A DNA stretch of 50,803 nucleotides from Nitrospirota bacterium (GCA_035623825.1 DASPSR010000041.1:1-50803); one strand, 5' to 3'; counted from the stretch's first letter, positions 10,064-19,424 are shown. A program made the numbers and translations. Notes: generated from the sequence alone by a model not told the origin.

Positions 10064-10981
10064 TCACTTGCCCATCATGATGTGCGTCACGAGCGACAGG
10101 CACGCGAGCACAAAGGCCCCGCCGAGGATGGACGGGAGCTGGAAGAAGCGCACCTTTGCGCGCGTGGACTCCACCGCCGCCATAATCACGGCCATACCGA
10201 GCATCTTGACCGCATAGATGCCGAGCGGGAGAATAAGCACTGCAGGAGATGATCCCTCGGCGATCCCGGCGGGGAAGAAGATATCGACCGCCAGCGTAAA
10301 AAGGATCATCTGCTTCATGTAGTGCGCCCATTCCATGAGCGCCAGATAACGGCCCGAATATTCCAGGATCATCCCTTCGTGGATCATGGTGAGCTCGAGA
10401 TGGGTGTCCGGGTTGTCGACCGGCACCCTCCCCGTCTCGGCGATTATGGCCACGGTGAACGCAGCAAGTGCGAGCAGGTGTGATGGCGAATAGATCGCGC
10501 CCTGCTGGCCGGCGATGACCGCGATATTCGTCGAGCCTGCCGATATGGCGGCCGTAAAAAGCGCAAGCATCATCATGGGCTCGACGAGGATCGCTATGGT
10601 CATTTCCCTGCTGCTTCCCTCGCCTCCGAAGGCCGTCCCTGCGTCAAGCCCGGCGAGCGCCATGAAGAACCGGGCGAGGGCAAAGAGATAGATAAGGGCG
10701 ATCACATCTCCCATCGCCGCATAGGGTAACTGCATCGATACGACGGGTACGATCATGGCCGCGGCCATGGTCGAAACGAATACGATGTAGGGCGCGGCCT
10801 TGAATATCCAGGAGGTGACGGAGGAGACCACCATGTCCTTCTTAAAAAGACGGGCGAGATCGTAGTACGGTTGGAGAACGCCGGGGCCTCTCCTGCCCTG
10901 CATGTTCGCCTTCACCTTTTTGATCACCCCGTTCACCAGCGGTGAGAACAGAATGATGATGAGAAACTGGAAATACTCCAT
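10064..10981 (-). CDS. hyfC: hydrogenase-4 component C / NuoH-like subunit (module 1)
   Basis: QGRRGPGVLQPYYDL, AETGRVPVDNPDTHLELTMIHEGMILEYSG. Confidence 0.9.
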   Translation of the reverse strand: MEYFQFLIIILFSPLVNGVIKKVKANMQGRRGPGVLQPYYDLARLFKKDMVVSSVTSWIFKAAPYIVFVSTMAAAMIVPVVSMQLPYAAMGDVIALIYLFALARFFMALAGLDAGTAFGGEGSSREMTIAILVEPMMMLALFTAAISAGSTNIAVIAGQQGAIYSPSHLLALAAFTVAIIAETGRVPVDNPDTHLELTMIHEGMILEYSGRYLALMEWAHYMKQMILFTLAVDIFFPAGIAEGSSPAVLILPLGIYAVKMLGMAVIMAAVESTRAKVRFFQLPSILGGAFVLACLSLVTHIMMGK

Positions 10982-11056
10982 AAGTTCAAAACCTCAAATC
11001 GCAGATGATCATCATGCGTCTCTTCTTGTCCACGTCTCTGTCATTCAACGGTTGTC

Positions 11057-13048
11057 TTAGTGGCCAAATATCAGCAGCACTATCAACGTTATCAAAATAT
11101 ATCCCAGGTACAGCTGCAGGCTCCCGGACTGAAGCAGCTTCACCTTGTCCGCGACCTGCTGAATGAACCGAGTGATAGGCTCATACACATATCGCTCAAA
11201 GAGCGGGGTGATCTCGCCGCCGTACCGGATGGATTTCACAAAGAACGGCTTTATCAGGTACAGGACCTTCAGGTCCCTGCTCGGGAGGTAGATCCGTTTA
11301 TAAATGATCCTGAGAGGCTTGGTGAACGCCGTGGCAGTGTACTGCATGCGCGGTGTGAGTCCGGGGATGCCGCAGTCCCAGGAACCGGCGCTCACGGTCT
11401 TTCTCCTGCCGCCGGCGAGCCTCGCGAATACGATAAGAGCGACGAATATGATCGCCATGGAAACGGCGAGAGAAGCCGGCGAGAGCGACGCGGCGACCCC
11501 AGGAGTAATGATGAAGCTTTGCTGGTGCAGCTCAACGTAGGACCCTGTGATGGTAAAAACCGCAGGCGCAAGGAGCGCGATGGGAATTTGCGGGAAAACG
11601 CCGAAGACGAGGCAGAGAAACGCCGGGAGCGCCATGCCCAGGACCATCCAGGCTGATGACTCATGTGCCGAAGTCGCATGTTCGCTCCGCGCCATGCCGA
11701 GGAAGCTGACTCCGAAGGTCTTGACGAACCCGGCAGCGACGATAGCCCCGGTCAGCGCCAGAGCCGCTCCGCCCAGGGGCGAGACGATCTTCGCTACGAC
11801 GGATGGAGACTGGAATCCGAGAAGGAGCGCCTGGTACGTGAGCCACTCGCTCACGAAGCCGTTGAGGGGCGGAAGGGCCGCGATGGCAATTGAGCCCAGG
11901 AGAAAGAAGAAGCCCGTGTAGGGCATGACTTTAAGGAGCCCGCCCAGCTTCTCCATGTTCCTTGTCCGGGTGGCAGTCACGACAGAGCCGGCTCCCATGA
12001 ACAGGAGTCCCTTGAAGAGGGCATGGTTCAGGGCGTGGTAGAGCGCGGCAGCAAGGGCAAATCCTGAAAGGATGAGCATCCCGCTGCTCCGGAACACCAT
12101 GGACGCGCCGACCCCCAGGAGGATGATACCGACGTTCTCCACGCTCGAGTAGGCAAGGAATACCTTGAGGTCATTCTCCATGACCGCGTAGAGGATGCCC
12201 AGCACCGCCGAGATAGCCCCGATTGCGATGACGGCTATCCCCCACCACTCAGGCCCCGTACCGAGCACGTCCAGGACGATACGGAGGAAACCGTACACCG
12301 CGGTCTTGATCATGACCCCGGACATGAGGGGCGTGATGTTCGATGGTGCAATGGGATAGGCACGTGGTATCCATGCGTGAAGCGGGACAATGCCCGCCTT
12401 CGTCCCGAACCCGATCACGGCGAAAATGAAGACCAGGGACCTGATGCCCTCTGGCAGACCCGTAGCGGCGATCCGCATGGACGCGAAATCCATGCTGCCG
12501 GTGTAGTGCACCAGCACAAGGAAGAGCCCGATGATGAAGGCCGTCCCGATGTGGGTCATGACCACGGTAAAGAGGCCCGCCTTTGCGGTCTCCTCGTTCC
12601 GCTCAAAGACAATGAGGAAGTACGAGGCCACGGCCATGGTCTCCCACGAAACGAGGAAGGTGAAGATATTCGCGGAGAGCACCACGCCGTACATGCTCAG
12701 GATCAGGATGTTATAAAGGAACCCCATGAGCCCGGAATTCGTGATACTCCGGATGAAGCCGACGGAATAAAGGGAAACGAAAATGGTAATGAACGATATG
12801 AGGACAACAAAGAATGCCGAAAGCGCGTCAGCATGAAAAGCGAAGCTGAAGATGGATGAAACGGAGATTTCAGCGCTGGTGAATGCCGGAGTAAAGAGAA
12901 GGTACCCGCCCGCGGCGAGGAAGAAGAGCGCGCCCGTCAGGGAGAAGAGGAAGCTGAAGTTCCGTACTTTCGAGAGCGGTAGCTGTGAAGCGACTGCGCT
13001 GACAAGAAAGAAGATGATTCCTATCGAAAATATACTCGCAACGTCCAT
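11057..13048 (-). CDS. hyfB: hydrogenase-4 component B / NuoL-like subunit (module 1)
   Basis: SWETM, GFGTKAGIVPLH, LPPLNGFVSEW, WDCG..RMQYTA; first gene of the cluster. Confidence 0.9.
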   Translation of the reverse strand: MDVASIFSIGIIFFLVSAVASQLPLSKVRNFSFLFSLTGALFFLAAGGYLLFTPAFTSAEISVSSIFSFAFHADALSAFFVVLISFITIFVSLYSVGFIRSITNSGLMGFLYNILILSMYGVVLSANIFTFLVSWETMAVASYFLIVFERNEETAKAGLFTVVMTHIGTAFIIGLFLVLVHYTGSMDFASMRIAATGLPEGIRSLVFIFAVIGFGTKAGIVPLHAWIPRAYPIAPSNITPLMSGVMIKTAVYGFLRIVLDVLGTGPEWWGIAVIAIGAISAVLGILYAVMENDLKVFLAYSSVENVGIILLGVGASMVFRSSGMLILSGFALAAALYHALNHALFKGLLFMGAGSVVTATRTRNMEKLGGLLKVMPYTGFFFLLGSIAIAALPPLNGFVSEWLTYQALLLGFQSPSVVAKIVSPLGGAALALTGAIVAAGFVKTFGVSFLGMARSEHATSAHESSAWMVLGMALPAFLCLVFGVFPQIPIALLAPAVFTITGSYVELHQQSFIITPGVAASLSPASLAVSMAIIFVALIVFARLAGGRRKTVSAGSWDCGIPGLTPRMQYTATAFTKPLRIIYKRIYLPSRDLKVLYLIKPFFVKSIRYGGEITPLFERYVYEPITRFIQQVADKVKLLQSGSLQLYLGYILITLIVLLIFGH

Positions 13049-13251
13049 TTTTCAAAAACCAGCATGGCCTTGGTAAGCGGAGCCCGGCCTGTCATTCTGA
13101 ATCTCTCGCCAGCGGTCGTCCGGAGTGAAACGAAGGATCTCGCCGCCTGCTATAAACTTCGCTAAAACAACCTCGATTTTCAAAGTCCGATGACCTTTGG
13201 GTTATTCGGCTTGGTTCCGGGTCAAGGTGCGGAAAAATGCAAAACGAAAAG

Positions 13252-13281
13252 AATGTACAACAAATGGATGGGGAATGTCAA
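13252..13281 (-). promoter_or_regulatory. putative sigma70 promoter of the ehr/hyf operon
   Basis: Minus strand TTGACA-N18-TACATT about 200 nt upstream of the hyfB start. Confidence 0.5.
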
Positions 13282-13348
13282 GGAGAATCAGGTTCTTTAC
13301 CTCGAAACGCAAGGAACAGGAAGGCCCCGGACCTCTTCGCTTGCGGCA

Positions 13349-13855
13349 TTAAATCACCTCGAACTCAGGACGATATTTTACGACGCCCTTGACGCCCCGG
13401 AGCGCGTGTTCGCTGAGTTCTTTGACCATGAACACCTCATTGGGTACGTCGATCTTCCACCTGATGCCGAATTGGCCGGCAGGCAAAAAACCGAGCCGGG
13501 CGTAGTATTCAGGATTTCCCAGGACAACAACGATCGTATGGCCGCATTTGCGGATCTCGTTTAATCCCGCCTCCACTAATTGAGAACCGATCCCGCACCC
13601 TTGCCGCTCAGGAGAAACGGCCATGGGCCCCACGCCGACCGCGCTTATCACCTGACGTTCAGACTCGATGATGACAGGGCTGAAAACGATATGACCGACT
13701 ACATGACATTTTTCAGTTGCTACCAGCGAAAGCGTCATGGCGTTCGCAGCTCGTAATTTGTCCACAAGATCGGCCTCGGCCTCGCGGCCAAAGGCAGCTG
13801 TGCTCAAGAGACGTATTGCGTAGATATCTTCCGGCTCTTCTTTTCTGATCAGCAA
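13349..13855 (-). CDS. GNAT family N-acetyltransferase (YhbS-like)
   Basis: EAEADLVDKLR, VGHIVFS, PMAVSPERQGCGIGSQL, VLGNPEYYARLGF; TTG start with AAGGAG RBS. Confidence 0.9.
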   Translation of the reverse strand: MLIRKEEPEDIYAIRLLSTAAFGREAEADLVDKLRAANAMTLSLVATEKCHVVGHIVFSPVIIESERQVISAVGVGPMAVSPERQGCGIGSQLVEAGLNEIRKCGHTIVVVLGNPEYYARLGFLPAGQFGIRWKIDVPNEVFMVKELSEHALRGVKGVVKYRPEFEVI

Positions 13856-14029
13856 TTCAGATCTCCTTAAGCTGCCGACAGGTTATCGGCGGCCATCAGC
13901 ACTCCTATGCTATTATTCTACCGCAACTTTCATCTCTTTTGCGTTTCTCGGTTCGTCGTAAAGAGCCATGCCCGGTAAATCACCATCGCGGGAAGCCCAT
14001 TCTATGTGCCGTATTTGATCAGGAGATTG

Positions 14030-14058
14030 TTGACGGGAAGGCGTGTTCAGGATATACT
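14030..14058 (+). promoter_or_regulatory. putative sigma70 promoter
   Basis: TTGACG-N17-TATACT upstream of GAGGAG RBS and ATG 14101. Confidence 0.6.
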
Positions 14059-14100
14059 AAACTAAACTCGTGTGACAATAAAAAAACGAGGAGTCGCTCG

Positions 14101-16335
14101 ATGGAAAATAAACTGCCGGGTCCATCCAAGGGATATCAGAAAAAACCCAAAAAAGAAGGGAAGGATTTACCGGCGCCGAAGCCAAAAAAAAGCTACAATC
14201 CTGATTATGCCTTGGCGGCGGCAAAAAAATGGTCCAGTTTCACCGAGGCGCTCGAGAGTGGGAACATCAGCGCTGTGGAACAGTTGATAAAAGAGGGATT
14301 CAACGTAAATATCACCCGCGACGGATTAACACCGCTGATGGTTGCCGCTTCTAAAGGTAAAACAGAGATAGCTGAGGTGATTCTACAAGCAGGCGTTAAC
14401 ATCAATGCAAGAGGTGATGACGGTCGGACGGCATTGCATAAGGCTGCATATGATCAAACGGGGACCAATATCATCGATCTTCTCCTGCATTCAGGCATTG
14501 AGCTTGATGCAAAGGACAAGTCCGGCAAGACCGCTCTGCAACTAGCCGAAGAAAAAGGCCACCATGACATCGCTCGCGCGATCAAGAAGCATCAACAGCA
14601 GCTGCACGTAGATGCCTTGGAATGGAAAGATTTTCTAAACTCACCTGAAGGAAAACCCTTTAAACAAAAAAAGCTTTATGATTCTTTGACCTCGTATGCC
14701 ATGTTCTGGTGGCTGCCTCCTGTCGCACTGGGCGGCCTCGGTCTCCTGCTCGGCCTCTTGTCCGGCGCCGTTATCCTGTGGGTCTTCATTGGCGCGGTAG
14801 CCGGCCTTCTGGTCGATCTTGCCATTTTTTTATGGCAAAAGAAGATAGGCACCTATCTTGACGGTATCGGACCATTGCCCGAACTCGATATTCATATACT
14901 GAGGGAAAAAAAGAACGCAGGAGAACCACTACTCTATGAAAGAAATCCCGAAACAACGGGAACTGAAGAGGCATACGATAAGGAGCCTTCCAGTAGCGCA
15001 CTGGAGATGGAACCGGACAGTTCTTCCCCTGAACTGGCAGCCGACAGCGCTCCAGTTGATGAAAGCAGTTACAGAGAAGCTCCTCAGTTGAAAAAGAAGT
15101 GGAATCTGAAAACAGTCACGTACATAGCAGTCGCGCTTGTCATTTTGATTCTCATCGGCGCCATAGCCATCTATAGGGGTTCCCTCGCGAATTGGTATTT
15201 TGCAAAGAAATTGGAACACAAAGGGGTGCAGTTCTCCGAGCATGCTTTCCTCGCTGAGGTGTCGAAAAACAATGAAGAGGCCGTGGATCTGTTTATCAAG
15301 GCGGGAATTAATATTGATGCGAAAGATGATAAAGGACGGACGGCTCTCATAATCGCATCTGAGAAAGGATACGTGAATTTGCTCGATAAGCTGATCAAGC
15401 TCGATGTGGCATCGTTAAACTATTTTGACAAGAGCGGCAGTACCGCATTGATGGCGGCATCAAGCAACGGACGGGGGAATATCGTCAAATCGCTCGTAGA
15501 AAACGGCGCAAATGTCAATTACATGGTCCCTTCCAATGAGGGCGCAGCGACAGCGCTGCAGGCTGCCTTGGATACGCCTGATTTTAAGGATGAACATATG
15601 AAAGTTATTACATTCCTCATCCAAAAAGGCGCCGATGTGAAAGGCCGCAATAAGACCGGGCGTTTTCCGTTATTGTTCGCTGCTGACCATGGACGCACAG
15701 ATGCCGCCAAAGTGCTCATAGAGCACGGCGCGGACATGAATGATGCGGATCAGGAGGGAAGTTTTTCGTTGCTGTCTGCTTCATGTAAAGGACATACCGG
15801 CTTTGTCCTGTTGCTTGCGGATAAGGGCGCCAATATGAAGATGGCTCTGGCTGATGGGCAGACCCCGCTCATGTGCGCTGTCAGGGAGAGTCATGCAGAC
15901 ACGGTTAAAACGCTTCTCGAGAGAGGGGCGACTGTGAATGCCAAGACCGTGAAGGGCTTTACCGCTTTGACCGATGCCGCCGGTACCGGAAATATCGATA
16001 TCGTAAAAATGCTATTGGCGCATGGGGCTGACCCAAGTTATGTATATATTCCTGATACGTTCACGAGATTGAACGGGAGAGTCATTGCCGTCAAGGCTAA
16101 AAAGAGCAAGATTACCGATGTTCTGGGACGGATCAAGAAGACGGCGTCTCAAGACGGCTATGCAATCAACATTGATTCGAAAATGGAGCAAAGGATAACC
16201 CTTAAGGCAAAGGCCCCATGGAACAAGGTCCTTCATGAGCTGGCAACAAAAAACCATCTCGTGCTGGTCGTGAAAGATAAAAAGGTCTTTGTATTGCAGT
16301 ATAATCCGTCAGCCATCAAACATGAAGCGGCCTAA
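14101..16335 (+). CDS. membrane-anchored ankyrin-repeat protein with C-terminal STN/secretin-N-like domain
   Basis: Many GxT(P/A)LxxA ankyrin repeats in two blocks separated by three hydrophobic segments; C-terminal RITLKAKAPWNKVLHEL; start set to ATG 14101 from RBS and promoter. Confidence 0.8.
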   Translation: MENKLPGPSKGYQKKPKKEGKDLPAPKPKKSYNPDYALAAAKKWSSFTEALESGNISAVEQLIKEGFNVNITRDGLTPLMVAASKGKTEIAEVILQAGVNINARGDDGRTALHKAAYDQTGTNIIDLLLHSGIELDAKDKSGKTALQLAEEKGHHDIARAIKKHQQQLHVDALEWKDFLNSPEGKPFKQKKLYDSLTSYAMFWWLPPVALGGLGLLLGLLSGAVILWVFIGAVAGLLVDLAIFLWQKKIGTYLDGIGPLPELDIHILREKKNAGEPLLYERNPETTGTEEAYDKEPSSSALEMEPDSSSPELAADSAPVDESSYREAPQLKKKWNLKTVTYIAVALVILILIGAIAIYRGSLANWYFAKKLEHKGVQFSEHAFLAEVSKNNEEAVDLFIKAGINIDAKDDKGRTALIIASEKGYVNLLDKLIKLDVASLNYFDKSGSTALMAASSNGRGNIVKSLVENGANVNYMVPSNEGAATALQAALDTPDFKDEHMKVITFLIQKGADVKGRNKTGRFPLLFAADHGRTDAAKVLIEHGADMNDADQEGSFSLLSASCKGHTGFVLLLADKGANMKMALADGQTPLMCAVRESHADTVKTLLERGATVNAKTVKGFTALTDAAGTGNIDIVKMLLAHGADPSYVYIPDTFTRLNGRVIAVKAKKSKITDVLGRIKKTASQDGYAINIDSKMEQRITLKAKAPWNKVLHELATKNHLVLVVKDKKVFVLQYNPSAIKHEAA

Positions 16336-16394
16336 AAGGCCTTTACATCAAGCTCATTTTTTAGAGCGGTATTTTAAGAGAGGAGGGAACCTTA

Positions 16395-16775
16395 ATGAAA
16401 GGCGCACTTCCTTTTTTATATGCAAAAAGACATCTCGTCTTTTTCTCCGTCGTCCTGATTGCTATTTCCTTCATCTCAGGCCCTGCTGAGGCGATGTTCG
16501 TGCCCGCGGCTCCCCAAGCCCAGCCGACTCCGCTCACTGACCGAGCGACCGATCTGGCCAAAATTCAGAAGGCGCTTGAATCCAAAGCTCTCCAGCAACG
16601 CCTAGTGGATTACGGTCTTTCCCCGGAGAACGCGCTTGCGAAAATAGACGGGCTTTCGGACAAACAGGTCCACCTGTTTGCGTCACATATCGATGCGCTT
16701 CAAGCAGGCGGTATGAGCGACAGAACTATTATCATTATTTTGTCGGTGATCGTGCTACTCCTCCTTTTTATCTGA
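16395..16775 (+). CDS. PA2779-family exported protein
   Basis: Signal peptide (AEA), LESK..QQRLVDYGLSPE.A..KIDGLSD...LQAGG, hydrophobic C-terminal tail. Confidence 0.75.
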   Translation: MKGALPFLYAKRHLVFFSVVLIAISFISGPAEAMFVPAAPQAQPTPLTDRATDLAKIQKALESKALQQRLVDYGLSPENALAKIDGLSDKQVHLFASHIDALQAGGMSDRTIIIILSVIVLLLLFI

Positions 16776-16917
16776 GGCAGAAAGTGCATGTTTGAGTTGT
16801 CAAAAATCATGAAAAGCAGAGTGCCTGAATATTTTGCTTGTAGGAGGTCTATTGAGGAGACTCGCGCTCGATAAAGCCATAGCCGTGCTGGTGTACAACA
16901 AGCTATAACGCGAATAC

Positions 16918-18039
16918 TCAGATTCTTTTCATTACATTTTCCTTAATGTAGCCGATCACCCCGTCCACTTCCGCCTTCATCTCCTCCATCTTTCTCCCCT
17001 CTATGACAAATGGTTTATCCCGCAGGTTCCGGCTCTGGAATCCAAAACCAGGATACTGGCGGAGAAAAGCCTCCGGGATATCATCAGGGGCGTCAGTATC
17101 GTTCATGATCGCCCAGGCGAGGGTCCATGCCCGGGCAACGTTCGCGATGTCATACCCTCCGCCGCCCAAGGCCACCCATTTCGGAGCCAGGGACTTGATC
17201 ATCCGAACCGCGAGGCAGAATCCGTTCGTCGTCAAGTTCAAATGGGCAAGCGGGTCGCTTTGGAACGTATCGACGCCGAGCTGGCTCACGACAACGTCGG
17301 GTTTGAAGCCGGCGACGAGCTCTGGAACGGTCTCGGCGAATGCATATATGAAGAGCTCGTCATCTGTTTCCGGCGGCAGAGGGATGTTCACGCTGTATCC
17401 CTTCCCCGCGCCCTCTCCGATCTCATGCTCGAATCCCGAGCCGGGGAAGAGCACATGTCCTGTTTCATGCAGCGAAATGGTAAGGACCTTGTCCGTGCCG
17501 AAGAACGCCTCCTGGACGCCGTCGCCGTGGTGGGCGTCTATGTCGATATAAGCGACTCTTCTTCCCTGCTCCACCAATGACTTAATGGCAAGCACGGGGT
17601 CGTTGATATAACAGAACCCCGATGCCTGCGAGGCACGCGCATGATGAAGTCCGCCCGCAATATTGAACGCTATCACAGCCTCGCCGCTGTCGACAAGGTC
17701 CGCTGCCTTGAGTGAAGCTCCGGCAATGAGTCTCGACCAGTCGAACATGCCGGGAAATATCGGATTGTCCCCGGGACCTAGTCCGAACGATTCGGCGCCC
17801 GTCACGTATTCGCCGCTATTCGCTTTTCGCAGGATGTCGATGTATTCTCTGGTATGATAACGCAGCAGGTCTTCAAGACTCGCCAGGTGAGGTTCGACCA
17901 GACGCGGGTCCGAGGGAGCGAGCAAGCGGCAGGCCTTTATCAGTTCATACGTCAGCTTCAAACGGAAAGGCTTCAGCGGATGGCCGGACCCGTAATCGAA
18001 CCCGGCGAATTCATCGGAGTAGACAAAGGCTGTTTTCAT
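16918..18039 (-). CDS. acuC: acetoin utilization protein AcuC / histone deacetylase family
   Basis: HPLKPFRL, GGLHHA..SGFCYIND, YIDIDAHHGDGVQ, GVD...DPL, LGGGGY; start at MKTAFVYS. Confidence 0.88.
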   Translation of the reverse strand: MKTAFVYSDEFAGFDYGSGHPLKPFRLKLTYELIKACRLLAPSDPRLVEPHLASLEDLLRYHTREYIDILRKANSGEYVTGAESFGLGPGDNPIFPGMFDWSRLIAGASLKAADLVDSGEAVIAFNIAGGLHHARASQASGFCYINDPVLAIKSLVEQGRRVAYIDIDAHHGDGVQEAFFGTDKVLTISLHETGHVLFPGSGFEHEIGEGAGKGYSVNIPLPPETDDELFIYAFAETVPELVAGFKPDVVVSQLGVDTFQSDPLAHLNLTTNGFCLAVRMIKSLAPKWVALGGGGYDIANVARAWTLAWAIMNDTDAPDDIPEAFLRQYPGFGFQSRNLRDKPFVIEGRKMEEMKAEVDGVIGYIKENVMKRI

Positions 18040-18196
18040 AGTTTTGAAGATAAACTGTCGTGAATACCGTGACGCGGGACTTGTAAGGCTGCTCAAAAAG
18101 TCTTTGTCGAACCATAAGTTCGCTATACAGGACAAGCCGGGATCCGACTGTCAAGACGCAAGGATCGTGAATCCCGGGATGCAGTATCGTTTATTT

Positions 18197-18592
18197 TTAG
18201 TGCTTTGGGTGTGCTTCCATCTTCTCCTTACACTCAGGGGATAGCTCACCCTCATGCTGCTTGAGGCATCTGAAGATCCTGCCGCCTCCGGGTTTGATGC
18301 CCGAGCAGAGCTTCATGACGTCGTCCTCGCATGCCTCTTGGAACTCATGCACCAGTTCCGCGATCTGCCGCTTGCAGGCGGGCGACAGGTCCTTCTCATG
18401 CTCCTTGAAACATGCTGCAATGCGCCCACCCCCCGGCTCGACACCCTTGCAGAACTTCTGCAAATCACCGGCGCATGGCCCTTGCTCTTGCTCGGCTTTT
18501 GCCGGCGCTGCGGCGATGCCCATACAGAGAATGACTGCAATGCTGATGAACAGCGCGATACCCGAATTCCGGATAGCATGTGAATGTGCCAT
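18197..18592 (-). CDS. exported cysteine-rich repeat protein (GLG1-like repeats)
   Basis: Signal peptide plus two repeats C..D..K.C.G..PGGGRI..C.K.HE..LSP.CK. Confidence 0.8.
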   Translation of the reverse strand: MAHSHAIRNSGIALFISIAVILCMGIAAAPAKAEQEQGPCAGDLQKFCKGVEPGGGRIAACFKEHEKDLSPACKRQIAELVHEFQEACEDDVMKLCSGIKPGGGRIFRCLKQHEGELSPECKEKMEAHPKH

Positions 18593-18780
18593 GTATTGTT
18601 CTCCTTTTTTGTAAAATGCCGTCTGCATGATCACCAGTATCCGTTCAGATCCCTTCTCAGAATCTTGCTAAGTGCGCTTATGAAGACAGGGCGATCAGCA
18701 TCCGGTTCTTAATTATCATTATCTGGGTCCGGCTATGCTTAAGACAATGCTTCATTATAGCATAGCTACCAGAGCGTCAC

Positions 18781-19344
18781 TCATTTCCCTCCCCACTGCT
18801 CGTAAAAGCAAAACTCCTGGAGCGGTCTCCGCGCAGGCCCCTCTTTTTTGTCCTCCGCCGGGTGCCCCAGGGGGAAGAGCCCCACGATCCTGATATTCGC
18901 CGGGATGTTCAGAAGACCCCTGATCTTGTCCTCGTCGTAGACTCCTACAAAGACAGTGCCGAGCCCCTGAGCGCGGGCCGCCAGCATCAGGGTCTGGGCC
19001 GCGATGCCGGCATCGGTGAGATAGTAGTTCTGGCCCCACAAAACGCCTGACTGCTCGGGATCGGCACAGAGTACAATGACCACAGGGGCTTCAGCGAGGG
19101 CCTTCATCGAAGGGTTCGATTTGTACCCCTTAGGCGCGAAGAAAGACTCCACATAGGACAGCTCGCTCATCTTCCACTTCTTGACCTTGTCCTTCACTAC
19201 CACAAGGCGCCAACATTGCATGTTCGCCCACGACGGCGCCATACGGACCGCCTCAAGCACGGCCTGAAGTTTCCCGCTTTCCACGGGTTTGTCGGTATAT
19301 TTACGAATGCTCCTGCGTGTCTTGATTGCCTCGAAGAGGTCCAT
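18781..19344 (-). CDS. nitroreductase family protein
   Basis: [41 protein letters not shown]; strong GGAGGAGG RBS before ATG 19344. Confidence 0.92.
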   Translation of the reverse strand: MDLFEAIKTRRSIRKYTDKPVESGKLQAVLEAVRMAPSWANMQCWRLVVVKDKVKKWKMSELSYVESFFAPKGYKSNPSMKALAEAPVVIVLCADPEQSGVLWGQNYYLTDAGIAAQTLMLAARAQGLGTVFVGVYDEDKIRGLLNIPANIRIVGLFPLGHPAEDKKEGPARRPLQEFCFYEQWGGK

Positions 19345-19424
19345 ATCTGTTCTCCTCCTCCTTCGAAAGTGGATAAATCTGGGCAAAGATCGATGCGATA
19401 CCTTTGCTGTCTGGCTTGACGGCG

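Noticed and set aside
5615-13048. Calling the cluster a functional hydrogenase-4 / formate hydrogenlyase
   Set aside because: Ni-ligating Cys motifs are absent, and no maturation or FDH genes are in the window.
13049-13250. Fluoride (crcB) riboswitch, which can precede hyf-like genes
   Set aside because: Could not find the GGCGATGG...TGATG core pattern on the minus strand.
13939-14100. Extended N-terminus of the ankyrin ORF
   Set aside because: Promoter and RBS lie inside the extension, so ATG 14101 is more plausible.
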